From Planctomycetota bacterium (GTDB taxonomy: Bacteria > Planctomycetota > Phycisphaerae > WQYP01): a stretch of 64,000 nt of DNA. The translations under genes were made by a program, and so were the position numbers. The DNA is taken from contig JAKBBN010000004.1 of assembly GCA_021808485.1 (NCBI GenBank), positions 5,523-69,522 of the forward strand. Direction: 5' to 3'. Shown piece after piece: positions 9,072-17,997 of the stretch; the stretch's first letter is position 1, and the number at the start of each line of letters is the position of its first letter. The notes under the pieces were generated by a model. It did no database searches. It saw only the letters and a list, made by a program, of their open reading frames with translations, and was not told where the DNA came from.

Positions 9072-10470
9072 GTTTTAGCTCCTTTGACAATGCGGTTGAC
9101 TCCGCAAGAATCCGGGCAAATGGCCGCCACGCTGACGACGCTGTGCGGCCGGACCGGCCTTTTGCCGGCCCTTCGGCCGTGGCTTGTGAATCCGCAAGTG
9201 CCAGCAGATGATTCGTTCTATCCGCGAGGTTCGGTGGAAGCTGGACAATGCGGCGCGGTAAATCCTCGCGACTGCAGTTCAGGGCGCCGCAAATGCGGTT
9301 GACCATTTCCGTGCTTATGCGGCCGCGGCATTCGGTTGCATTAATCGTGCGCTGGTACAGGTGGCCCAGTGACATGATCTGATCGGAAACCGTATCCGTG
9401 CGGACCGCGGCGGGCCGGGCGCGGTCGGCCGGATACCCCGCACGGCTCCATACGTAATACAGAAAAATCACCAGCAGCTGGAACAGGACCGGCATAAAGC
9501 CCTTTGCACCCAAAACTTCAATCACGGATGCACTGTGCCCCAGGCCGAGTTCCCACTGGTCCATGATCACCGGATTTTGTCCTATCTGGCGCAATATAAA
9601 ATCCAGATTACCCGCCTGGCTGATGCCGGAATTGTAGACCGGCCATTGAGATCCCACAAAAATAATCCATCCCCGGCCGAACCGCCGTGCAATCGCCACC
9701 GGCTTGTGTTGATACGTCGCCAGTACCGTCCATACCTGTTTTCCCGATTTTATTTTCGGCAGGCTGAAACTCGGAGGGGCCAGCATTTTAAGGGTGCCGG
9801 CGGCTGCAACGCGGGATTGCCGCGTATCGCCCGCATCGGTTCCATATGCGGCGGACCCCCGATTCCATGGACAGTCAACCAGCCAGGGCCGAAGCAGTTT
9901 GGGATTTTTTGCGTGTAAAATGAAAACCAACCACGGATAATCGGATTCATTAAGCCGACCGGCCGCCCGCCCTGCATGTTTCAAAGCGGTTGATTTGTGT
10001 TTTCCATTGCGGCGGGATATTGCGCGGCGCAGCTTCGCCAATTCACGGCGGATCATATACGGCGAGCGGTTTCCGTGCAGGATCTTAAAATGGCGCATGA
10101 TGCCGGTTTGATATTGGGAGAATTCCAGCAGCGTGTTTCCCCGGCGTATCCAGTGGAGCAGAGAGGGGTTATAGCCGGGCGCGACGCTGTAATTCTCCTC
10201 GACGGCACGCCCGCCGGCCGGCGGCACAACCACCAGCAGCACGCCCTTGGCCGACGCGGGCAAATCCGGCCGGTCAAGAAGCGTCACCGGATGATGCAAC
10301 CGCCGCAACGTGGCGTACAGTGCCGCACAGCCATATGGATCAAATCGATCGGCCGAACCCGCCGGCAATTCCGCGCCGCCCCGGGCGGTGCTGTAGGCGA
10401 TCGTAACCAGCAGCCAGCCGGCGGCCGCCAGAAAGCACACGGCAAGAATAACAGGAGTGAATCTACGCAT
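9049..10470 (-). CDS. DUF4350-like membrane-anchored protein of the MoxR operon
   Basis: Track ORF 9049..10677. I favour the start at the internal MRRFTPVILAVCFLAAAGWLL (TM anchor, ATG 10470..10468). The size and operon position are typical of DUF4350. Confidence 0.4.
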   Translation of the reverse strand: MRRFTPVILAVCFLAAAGWLLVTIAYSTARGGAELPAGSADRFDPYGCAALYATLRRLHHPVTLLDRPDLPASAKGVLLVVVPPAGGRAVEENYSVAPGYNPSLLHWIRRGNTLLEFSQYQTGIMRHFKILHGNRSPYMIRRELAKLRRAISRRNGKHKSTALKHAGRAAGRLNESDYPWLVFILHAKNPKLLRPWLVDCPWNRGSAAYGTDAGDTRQSRVAAAGTLKMLAPPSFSLPKIKSGKQVWTVLATYQHKPVAIARRFGRGWIIFVGSQWPVYNSGISQAGNLDFILRQIGQNPVIMDQWELGLGHSASVIEVLGAKGFMPVLFQLLVIFLYYVWSRAGYPADRARPAAVRTDTVSDQIMSLGHLYQRTINATECRGRISTEMVNRICGALNCSREDLPRRIVQLPPNLADRTNHLLALADSQATAEGPAKGRSGRTASSAWRPFARILAESTALSKELKRVRYTRS

Positions 10471-11314
10471 TTTGTTTCTCCGCCGGCAGCAAAGCGGCGA
10501 TGGCGCAGCGAAGCTCCTGTGTTTTGGCCTCGGGGTAAATTTTCCAGCCGTACCAGATGTGGTCGAATGTATCCGTGAGGCGGCCAAAAAGGTTTCGATC
10601 CGTTTCGCTGCCGGAATACCCGCGAACCAGGGTGAAATTGGTGGCGCTTTTTCTGAACCGGATTTTTCCGCGCTCATGCAGGCCGGCCAGCAGCGCCAGG
10701 TACAAGGCCCGGTACATCAGCCGAAGATCACCGCTTTTCTCAAAGCCCTCCGCTTTCGCCAGCCATTGGTTGCTTTCTGCGGCCAGCGCGTCGCCCTCCT
10801 GCAGCGCATTGTTTATATTTTCAACCGGGGGAACGGCCGCACCCGCCGCGCTGTTGTCTTTCCCGCGGACCAGCATGTGGATGAGCAGCCCCGCGGCAGC
10901 CAGTAAAATCAGGATAATGGCCGCCCATCCCAAAAAGATCAGAACCGACGGGAACATGGATACGCCGTTCGTATGTGTATAGATATGCACATGCTTTTTG
11001 TGACGCCATTTTATCAGATGACGCAGCCAGCGCCAAAAGCGATCTACGAATCCGTTCAACTGGAGCGGCGATTGCGCGGATTGATTCCGCTTCGCCTGCC
11101 GCGTTCGGAGTTGCCATTGATGAAACAGCGGATTCTCAAGAACCTGCCGCAATACCTGGTGGGGATGGCCCGCCGCCGCCGTGCCGGAAGCGGATGCATG
11201 GGCCGCGGCCGGGCCGGATAATACAAACGACATCAGCCAGATGCCGACGGCGAACAGCAAACGAGTTGACACCCCCGGACACAGCTTGAAGTTTTTCCGC
11301 AGGTGCTTGTTCAA
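10463..11314 (-). CDS. DUF4129-like membrane protein
   Basis: 283 aa with a central TM segment and a C-terminal FDHIWYGWK-type motif. Four-nucleotide overlaps with both neighbours. Confidence 0.4.
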   Translation of the reverse strand: MNKHLRKNFKLCPGVSTRLLFAVGIWLMSFVLSGPAAAHASASGTAAAGHPHQVLRQVLENPLFHQWQLRTRQAKRNQSAQSPLQLNGFVDRFWRWLRHLIKWRHKKHVHIYTHTNGVSMFPSVLIFLGWAAIILILLAAAGLLIHMLVRGKDNSAAGAAVPPVENINNALQEGDALAAESNQWLAKAEGFEKSGDLRLMYRALYLALLAGLHERGKIRFRKSATNFTLVRGYSGSETDRNLFGRLTDTFDHIWYGWKIYPEAKTQELRCAIAALLPAEKQNA

Positions 11315-12120
11315 TCGACAGCCTCCAGCAGGGCCTGCAGCCGTATTCGCAGGTCCGTTCCGGTGCGGCTGGCGTCAAGTTCCAGATATAGAATGACTCC
11401 GGCGATGCACCACAGCAGGTCAAGCAGTAGAAAAACCAGCAGGTCCAATCCAAGATTCATGGCCCCGCTGTTGACCACCATGGATATGCGGGCGTCGGAA
11501 ATGCCCAGCAAGGCGGGGAAGACGAAGCTTTGCAAAAGCTGGAGCACGCCGAAAATCATGGCGGAAAGGATTAAAAACGCCGCCAGCAGGAATCCGGCGA
11601 GCCAAATGGCGCGGCCCCGGGCCACGCTGTAGCGAAAAAGTTTTGCCACCTGCCGGAAGCCGGCATCGGGCCCGTCCAGCAGCAGGGGCGCGGTCAGGGT
11701 GGCCGCGGACATTGCCGCCAGCGACGGCGCCACCATCAGAAACATGCCCCATATCGCCAGCGGCGCCAGGACCATGCGCAGCGCCAGAATCGGCCCCATT
11801 CGTTTCCATATGAATGCCGGCTGCTTTCCCGACAACTCCCCAAACACCCGTGATTGGATCAATGCCAGACCCGCCCATCGCCAGATTAACGCAGGCACCA
11901 TGATGACGGCATAAAACTGCGCGGCCATGGCATCCCGTTCCATAATGGCCGAGATCGCCGGCACCGCCACCGCAATAAGCGGCCCGGCGGCCAGAACGTA
12001 GGCGGGCACAAGCCATAATGCGGATCGCCGAATATAGTCCGCAGCGCTGTCCAGCGGACCGGCGAATCCGCCGCGCATAAGGCTTTCCTCGCGAACATCC
12101 GCTGCGGCATTGGATGTCAT
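11311..12120 (-). CDS. polytopic membrane protein (possibly SpoIIM/DUF95-like) in the MoxR operon
   Basis: Track ORF 11311..12186. Starting at the internal MTSNAAADV gives an ATGA overlap with the upstream zinc-ribbon gene. At least five hydrophobic helices. Confidence 0.4.
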   Translation of the reverse strand: MTSNAAADVREESLMRGGFAGPLDSAADYIRRSALWLVPAYVLAAGPLIAVAVPAISAIMERDAMAAQFYAVIMVPALIWRWAGLALIQSRVFGELSGKQPAFIWKRMGPILALRMVLAPLAIWGMFLMVAPSLAAMSAATLTAPLLLDGPDAGFRQVAKLFRYSVARGRAIWLAGFLLAAFLILSAMIFGVLQLLQSFVFPALLGISDARISMVVNSGAMNLGLDLLVFLLLDLLWCIAGVILYLELDASRTGTDLRIRLQALLEAVD

Positions 12121-12413
12121 GCCGACCCCCGCTGCATCAGCCATCGCATGATCGCAAAAACACCGGCGTACAGCATCAGCAGCCATAGCGGTGATAAAAT
12201 CACCATCGCCGCAAACCAGGCATGGTCCCGCCAGAATCGCCGACCGGCGCCGGCCTTCCGCCGCGCCCGCATGATGGCCAATCCCTCCCGGCTGTAATTC
12301 ACGCCGTTATAACGCGTGGAGCACTCCTCGCAGATCGGATTTTTTGTGATGACGCATATGCCCACGGCCGGCCGGTCCGGATGATTGATGCAAAATGTCT
12401 TCTTTAAGCCCAT
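12117..12413 (-). CDS. zinc-ribbon/B-box-like small membrane protein
   Basis: 98 aa with a CxxH...C...CxxC cluster (CINHPDRPAVGICVITKNPICEEC) and a C-terminal TM helix. Confidence 0.4.
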   Translation of the reverse strand: MGLKKTFCINHPDRPAVGICVITKNPICEECSTRYNGVNYSREGLAIMRARRKAGAGRRFWRDHAWFAAMVILSPLWLLMLYAGVFAIMRWLMQRGSA

Positions 12414-12451
12414 GGCGCCATCCCCCGGGGCCGGTCGTTACACACCCGGCC

Positions 12452-13150
12452 TCACTCGCCGCCGAATTCCAGCGGCATGTACATGCTTTGCAGGGCCAGC
12501 CGTCCCGGACCGGTAAAGCGGTTCCACACCATTTGGCCGCCGGAGGCAAAAAAGCCCGTCGAAAGCTTCTGCATTTTGGTTTCCATGGTCACGCCGGGGT
12601 CTTTGTAAATCCAGCCGCCGGGTTCAATGTCAATTTGTTCGCCGGCGCCGAGCGTAATTTCAAAAATATTGCCGTAGCCGTGCAGCCACACGATTCCCTC
12701 CTGTTGCTGCGTGCTGAATGTGTCAATAAAAAAGCCCGTGCCGCTGAACAGCATATTCGCCACACCCTGGACACGGCGAAACGTGAAATCAACACTGTCG
12801 CTGGCGGCAATAAACTGGTGCTCGCGCACATCCACGCTCTGCCCGGCCTGAAGGTGCAGCGCCATGATGTGGCCGGGGCCGTCGCGGCTCAGTGCGATGC
12901 GGCCCGGACCCGCGGCCTGCGTCATGAAGATCGGCATGCCGGATATCATGCGTTTAAAGGCTCCCTTTAACGCCTTGATGCCGACATTCACCGCCGGATC
13001 TTTCCACAACAGCACATGATGTTCAAAGTATATGCCGGTCTGCGCCATTTCCACCTGCAGCACCGGGACCAGTTCCCCCTGAATATGATAGGTGACGCCC
13101 GCGTACTTTTCGTCCACAACATGTGTGGCCAGCAATTCGGGAACAGCCAT
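12452..13150 (-). CDS. AIM24/DUF124 (TIGR00266) family protein
   Basis: 232 aa, Gly-rich all-beta composition typical of the family. Ends 39 nt upstream of the zinc-ribbon gene. Confidence 0.45.
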   Translation of the reverse strand: MAVPELLATHVVDEKYAGVTYHIQGELVPVLQVEMAQTGIYFEHHVLLWKDPAVNVGIKALKGAFKRMISGMPIFMTQAAGPGRIALSRDGPGHIMALHLQAGQSVDVREHQFIAASDSVDFTFRRVQGVANMLFSGTGFFIDTFSTQQQEGIVWLHGYGNIFEITLGAGEQIDIEPGGWIYKDPGVTMETKMQKLSTGFFASGGQMVWNRFTGPGRLALQSMYMPLEFGGE

Positions 13151-13288
13151 AAATTCAGCCCCTTTCGTTTAAATTGTTCTCAGGTCCAGTACCTTATATT
13201 AGAACTAATTCCGGCGACGCTGACAAGCGCATGCGGATTGTGCCGCGATCCAGGATGTTGCCTCCCGCACCACTCCTGCCACGGCGGC

Positions 13289-14158
13289 CTATCGCCCCAT
13301 GACCACAATTCCCAGTTTATCCGCGAGCTTAAGCAATTCGCCTTTTTCCAGCATGATCGTCTTTCCGGCTTCCAGCACCACCCCGGCCGCCCCCGCTTTT
13401 TTCAGGTTTTCAATGGTTGCCGGGCCGATGGTGGGCACATCAAACCGCAGGTCCTGGTTGGGATTGCTGGCCTTGCATAAAATCCATCCGCCCCGGCGGC
13501 AAAGTTGCCCCGCACGTTCAATCATCCGATCGGTGCCTTCCATGGCTTCCACCGCAATAATTTCCCGGTCCTTGCAGGCCAGGCTTTGCCCTATCAGCAA
13601 CTCGTTCATCCGTTTGAGCAGCGGCCATGCAAAATCAGCATCCGACTGCATGGCGGGGAAGGGCTGTGCCGCGGTCATTACGCCGCTTTCCGCCAAAGAC
13701 CCGGGAATATAAGGTAACGCGTCAATAAGCGTGATGCCTCCAGATGCAAGCTCATCGGCCACGGCCCGCAGCAGTCGATCGCTGCGTTTGTCATGTCTTA
13801 ACCGCACGAACCACAGCCGGGCCGTCCGCCAATCCGGCATATAGCGGAACATGTAATACCGGTCATAAATTCGCTCTTTGGCGACGCGGCCGACCATCAC
13901 CGCCCGCGCCGCGCCATTTCGGCGCAAAATGCGCACCCATTGATTCAGCCGGATCAGGCCTACGCGAGAGAATACATCGCATTGCGGAATCAGCAAGTCT
14001 TCCCGGCTTTGGCCGGAAAGTCCCAGCCCGATGACGCGATGCCCGGCCGCCTTTAATCCAAGTGCCACCTGCACCGGCAGCAGCCCCTGGCCGGCAATGA
14101 TTCCAATCGGTTCGGAAGCGGATGGTTTTTCCGTCATGTTTGATTCCCGGCTACGCAC
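13289..14158 (-). CDS. lpxI: UDP-2,3-diacylglucosamine hydrolase LpxI family (DUF1009)
   Basis: 289 aa. N-terminal IGIIAGQGLLP and C-terminal DLRFDVPTIGPATIENLKKAGAAGVVLEAGKTIMLEK match LpxI. Confidence 0.55.
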   Translation of the reverse strand: MRSRESNMTEKPSASEPIGIIAGQGLLPVQVALGLKAAGHRVIGLGLSGQSREDLLIPQCDVFSRVGLIRLNQWVRILRRNGAARAVMVGRVAKERIYDRYYMFRYMPDWRTARLWFVRLRHDKRSDRLLRAVADELASGGITLIDALPYIPGSLAESGVMTAAQPFPAMQSDADFAWPLLKRMNELLIGQSLACKDREIIAVEAMEGTDRMIERAGQLCRRGGWILCKASNPNQDLRFDVPTIGPATIENLKKAGAAGVVLEAGKTIMLEKGELLKLADKLGIVVMGR

Positions 14159-14274
14159 CGCGTTTTAGTATACGCGGCCGCGGCAAATTGGTGTATTACC
14201 CAAAAGCGGTGTCAACAGTTTGCTTTCCGGATTGCCGGGATTGCCGGCGCCCGGCAAAAAACCGGGGCGATGGC

Positions 14275-14292
14275 TCGCCTGAATTCAGGCGA
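14275..14292. promoter_or_regulatory. perfect 18-bp palindrome TCGCCTGAATTCAGGCGA between tRNA-Arg and lpxI, followed on the minus strand by CCCGG-TTTTTTG-CCGGG
   Basis: Read directly from the sequence. Could be a terminator for the tRNA transcript or an operator/attenuator for lpxI. Confidence 0.3.
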
Positions 14293-14454
14293 CCCAAAAT
14301 GATCTTCCTCTGCCGCCCAAAACCAGGCCCCCAAAGCCGCCATGACGGCGCCTGACGCTTCCGGAAAAATATTGGAAAAATTCGCAAGCCATTGAAAATA
14401 AAGTACTTTGGTGGCCGCGGAATGATCGCATCGGCGACGGTCGGGAGAATATCA

Positions 14455-14528
14455 TGCGCCAGGCGGGAGTCGAACCCACAACCTTTGGCTTCGGAGGCCA
14501 ACGCTCTATCCAATTGAGCTACTAGCGC
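14455..14528 (-). tRNA. tRNA-Arg (anticodon CCG)
   Basis: Hand-folded from the reverse complement GCGCTAGTAGCTCAATTGGATAGAGCGTTGGCCTCCGAAGCCAAAGGTTGTGGGTTCGACTCCCGCCTGGCGCA. It has a 7-bp acceptor stem, GCTC/GAGC D stem, TTGGC/GCCAA anticodon stem with loop CTCCGAA, and a GTGGG/CCCGC T stem around TTCGACT. 74 nt, no encoded CCA. Confidence 0.85.
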
Positions 14529-15014
14529 TGCAATAGCATTAGAGTTTAACACAAATTCGCGGCCGCGTCCAAAGCCCGCGCTGAAGGCGGTTATTCGCCG
14601 AGGTCCGCGGGTATTTGTCAATGCGGCGCTCCAGCCGCCAGCCCATTTTCGCGACGGATCGCCGGGCGTTTTTAACCGTTCGGGTTAAAACCAAAATAGC
14701 ACGGAATGTGGGTTCGGAGATATTGTTAAGGAGGCATCGGCAATTTTGGCCGATTGCCGCGGGGGAAAAGCAAAGATTGTATGATGGGCAGTCAACAAAT
14801 GAGGTTCTAAATTTGGCAGTGCTCCAAGGGCAATTGCGAGATCAAGCGGAGGATGCGGCGGCAGCATGGGGCTGCAAGTTGCGGCACCACAACCGTCCCG
14901 CTGAGTGTGTTGCTGCAATACTGCTCGAGGCAGGGGGGAGTATTTCCTGTATCCGGCAACTGCAGGTTTGCACGCCTCGCCATAACACGGATAAAATTCA
15001 GTTCATTCACTTGT

Positions 15015-15165
15015 CTGCGGAGAAATTATCTTGGTTGCACTGGATAAACAATTTCACCACGGCGACACAAAGCCACAAAGCGGTGGGGTCTGCCGCCGCC
15101 AATTCGCACAATCCGTGAAAACCCCGGTTCGCGGTACCGCAGACATGCTGTCCGCCCGGCGCCGC
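15015..15165 (+). repeat. copy A of a ~150-bp duplicated intergenic element (contains the palindrome GCGGTACCGC at 15131..15140)
   Basis: ~90% identical to 16829..16980 in the same orientation. Lies ~115 nt upstream of the membrane-protein gene at 15281. Confidence 0.8.
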
Positions 15166-15280
15166 CATGCCAATTCCTTTTTTTGTCTCTGCGCATTATT
15201 CTTTGGTTATTGAGCGAAGGGCCGATGCCGCCCCCGGTACGGCGGCCCGCTCTGCTTTTTAATATGGCCTGAGGTTTTCG

Positions 15281-15613
15281 ATGCGACGACTTGCCCTCAG
15301 CGGCTTTATTGCCAGTGCGATTTGTTTTTTCGTTGCGTTGACCTCCGGCTGGCTGTTGCCGACCAAGGTTGCATCAACCCGCCCGGTGGAAATGTTGTAT
15401 TATGAATCCGCATTGTGGTTCATGGTCACTTACCTCGTTGGGTTCTGGTGCATGGTTCGGGTAAAGCGTCGCGGTGGGATCATCGGGGGCTGGATGTCAA
15501 CTTTGGCGGTGCTGGTCGGCGTTCCGTTCGGCCTATGTTTTTCTATTTTCTGGCTCCTTACATGGCCGCTTTACGTCGCGTTTTTGCTCGCCCCGATTGT
15601 TAAGATATTTTAA
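15281..15613 (+). CDS. small polytopic membrane protein, hypothetical
   Basis: 110 aa, three hydrophobic helices, GAGG 7 nt upstream. Confidence 0.4.
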   Translation: MRRLALSGFIASAICFFVALTSGWLLPTKVASTRPVEMLYYESALWFMVTYLVGFWCMVRVKRRGGIIGGWMSTLAVLVGVPFGLCFSIFWLLTWPLYVAFLLAPIVKIF

Positions 15614-15670
15614 TGTTCCGGCCCGGCTCATCATGATGCCTCCGCCGGATCTGCTCAGGAGGTTCATGCC

Positions 15671-16654
15671 ATGTCTGCCCGCTCTCTCCACGCGGTTACC
15701 GGCGCGTTTGGATATTCCGGACAATACATCGCCCGTCGGCTGCTGGCGGCCGGTCTTGGCGTGCGAACGCTTACGGCATCGCCGCAGCGCACCAACCCTT
15801 TCGGCAATACCGTGGAAGTTTGCGGCATTCATTGGGAATCGTCGGATGAACTGACCCGGGCACTGCGGGGTGCGGAGGTTTTGTACAATACGTACTGGGT
15901 CCGATTTAATGCACGCCAATTCTGCTTTGCCCAGGCTGTGGAAAACAGCCGCCGCCTTTTCGCGGCCGCCAAAGCCGCCGGCGTGCGGCGAATTGTTCAT
16001 GTCAGCATCACCAATCCGGATGCGAATTCACCCCTTGAATATTTCAGCGGCAAGGCCCATGTGGAGCAGGCGCTGGTGGACAGCGGGCTGGAGCACACAA
16101 TTCTGCGGCCGGCCGTGCTGTTCGGTAAGGAAGATATTCTGGTCAACAACATTGCCTGGATGCTGCGGCATTTTCCGTTCTTTGGCGTCTTCGGGGACGG
16201 CCGTTACAAACTGCAGCCAATATATGTGGATGATCTGGCGGCGCTGGCGGTGGCCGCGGGATCGCAGGCAGGCAGCGGTGTGGTGAATGCCATCGGCCCG
16301 GAAACGTTTACCTACCGGGAACTTGTGGAGGTCATCGGCGCAATTATTGATCGAAGGCGGCCGATTATGGCGGTGCCGCCGGGCGCCGGTTACCTGATTG
16401 CGGCGATCACGGGCCTTTTAGTGCGCGATGTCATGATCACACGTGATGAAATTCGCGGCCTGATGGAAGGTCGGCTTTTTGTGGATTCGCAACCCACAGG
16501 CACCACCCGGCTGACGCACTGGGCGAGGGAGAACCGCGAGTGGCTGGGGCGGCGTTATGCCAGCGAAATGGCGCGGCGCCGTGACCGCCTTTCGGATTAC
16601 GCAGCCATGCGGGGTGATGGCCGGGCGAATGAGCAAACCGGTTCGGCGGCATAG
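15671..16654 (+). CDS. NAD(P)H-binding NmrA/SDR-family (atypical SDR, NDUFA9-like) oxidoreductase
   Basis: 327 aa with N-terminal VTGAFGYSGQYIARRLL Rossmann motif. Typical length for NmrA-like or complex-I 39-kDa homologues. Confidence 0.6.
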   Translation: MSARSLHAVTGAFGYSGQYIARRLLAAGLGVRTLTASPQRTNPFGNTVEVCGIHWESSDELTRALRGAEVLYNTYWVRFNARQFCFAQAVENSRRLFAAAKAAGVRRIVHVSITNPDANSPLEYFSGKAHVEQALVDSGLEHTILRPAVLFGKEDILVNNIAWMLRHFPFFGVFGDGRYKLQPIYVDDLAALAVAAGSQAGSGVVNAIGPETFTYRELVEVIGAIIDRRRPIMAVPPGAGYLIAAITGLLVRDVMITRDEIRGLMEGRLFVDSQPTGTTRLTHWARENREWLGRRYASEMARRRDRLSDYAAMRGDGRANEQTGSAA

Positions 16655-16667
16655 CACTGGCTTCCAG

Positions 16668-16693
16668 CCGATGGGCTGTTGTTTTCATGGGCA
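16668..16693 (+). terminator. weak candidate intrinsic terminator CAGCCgatgGGCTGttgttttc
   Basis: 5-bp GC stem plus a T-rich tail, 14 nt after the SDR stop codon. Confidence 0.25.
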
Positions 16694-16828
16694 AGATGCC
16701 CGCGTCACGCGGATATCGCCAAAACACCGGCCAGCGTGGCCGGCGGCGTGGGCCGGATGCCGGCCGAATCGAGCGGTCCGTTTGCAGGCCGTGTGGTGGG
16801 ACGGATAAAATCCCCTTAATTCAACTAC

Positions 16829-16980
16829 CTGCGGAGAAATTATCTTGCTCGCACTGGACGAACAATTTCACCACGGCGACACAAAGCCGCGAAGCGGTCG
16901 GGTCTGCCGCCGCCAATTCACACCATCCGTGAAATCCCCGGTTCGCGGTACCGCAGATATGCAGTCCGCCCGGCGCCGGC
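16829..16980 (+). repeat. copy B of the ~150-bp duplicated element (palindrome GCGGTACCGC at 16945..16954)
   Basis: See copy A. Lies ~140 nt upstream of the TTG/ATG start of the membrane-protein gene at 17119. Confidence 0.8.
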
Positions 16981-17118
16981 GTGATAAATGCGGCGTGAGG
17001 TCCAATACTCAAAAAGCCGTAGTTAACCGCGTTGTGTCTTCGTGCGGTCGTGGTGAAAATTCGTTTTTTCGGTGGCAAGCCGGCTCCAGTTTAACGCTGG
17101 TCATTATCGGAGGCTAAA

Positions 17119-17997
17119 TTGGCAACTCGCTCGATCCAAGTCCGGGGGTTACCTCATTGCGCGACTCTTCTTGCGTTGCTTCCAGCGCTTCGCAGGCCGC
17201 GGCTCTGTGCAGGGCTGGTGTTTCTATTTAGCGTCTGGCTATTGGTGGTGACGGGAAATGTGGCATTTTTTTATGTGGGCGCGGCGATACCGCTTTCATT
17301 GCCGCTGGCGATCTTAAGTTTTCCCGTTGGGCTGCGTTTTTACCGGAGATTTGTGCATCGCCCTTTGCGTGTCGGCACCGTCGTTGAGGCCCGTGAGGAC
17401 GGATTGTTGATGTCCACGGACATCGGCGGGACCTTCACTCCTTGGTCGTCAATAAATGCGGTTCGTCCCGGCAGATTCCATCTGGAAATTGAAATAGCCG
17501 GATTTGCCTGGCCGGTGGTGGCCTTGGCACAACAGCGTTCGCAAGAAGCTGTTTTTCGGGAGTTCGCGGGCGAATGTCGGAGATATATGGATTTGGCTAT
17601 AACAAGCCAGAAATCAACGCAAGCCGCTCTTGGCAATCAGCCGGTGCTTTCAGGGGAATTGGAATCAAGGGCCTGCGGCCTGAGTGGCGCCGGGGTGGCG
17701 ATTTGCACCCCGATTGAAACACCACCTCGTTGGGATCGCATTGTGCTTTTGAGAATGGCGGCGGCTGTTGTTGGCGCACTTGTTCTCATTGGTGCGGCCT
17801 CGTTTCGTCTGGCGCGAAATTCAGGTGCGGCACCTGCGAAGGCTGCACAACTCAGCAGCCTGGCGGGTCATGCGGGGGTGCTTACCAGGCGGGTATTCAG
17901 ACGTCCGTATGAGTTCTTCGGCATAGTGCAAGACGACTCATCAGGTCCTGCCGAAGTGTCCGATGCCGCGCGGAGAAGAGAGGAGGCCGGGCGATGA
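17119..17997 (+). CDS. hypothetical membrane protein
   Basis: 292 aa. Apparent TTG start with GGAGG 5 nt upstream. N-terminal TM helices. ATGA overlap with the next gene. Confidence 0.4.
   Translation: MATRSIQVRGLPHCATLLALLPALRRPRLCAGLVFLFSVWLLVVTGNVAFFYVGAAIPLSLPLAILSFPVGLRFYRRFVHRPLRVGTVVEAREDGLLMSTDIGGTFTPWSSINAVRPGRFHLEIEIAGFAWPVVALAQQRSQEAVFREFAGECRRYMDLAITSQKSTQAALGNQPVLSGELESRACGLSGAGVAICTPIETPPRWDRIVLLRMAAAVVGALVLIGAASFRLARNSGAAPAKAAQLSSLAGHAGVLTRRVFRRPYEFFGIVQDDSSGPAEVSDAARRREEAGR

Noticed and set aside
9997-12016. Plus- and minus-strand ORFs (9997..10578, 10457..10906, 11420..12016 and others) overlapping the MoxR operon genes
   Set aside because: All are antisense or out of frame to genes with family-level support and tight translational coupling.
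14196-14621. 141-aa minus-strand ORF
   Set aside because: It overlaps the well-folded tRNA-Arg gene, and the translated sequence has no recognisable features.
14615-15213. ORFs 14615..15118 and 15031..15213 (and their counterparts 16687..16932, 16845..17117) as small protein genes
   Set aside because: Their similarity comes from the duplicated DNA element. Two different frames are equally conserved and the substitutions are not synonymous-biased, so I treat the element as non-coding. The ~47-aa basic peptide stays noted as a possibility in the finding.
15015-16980. CRISPR array
   Set aside because: There are only two repeat copies, 150 bp long and 1.8 kb apart. There are no short regularly spaced repeats and no cas genes.
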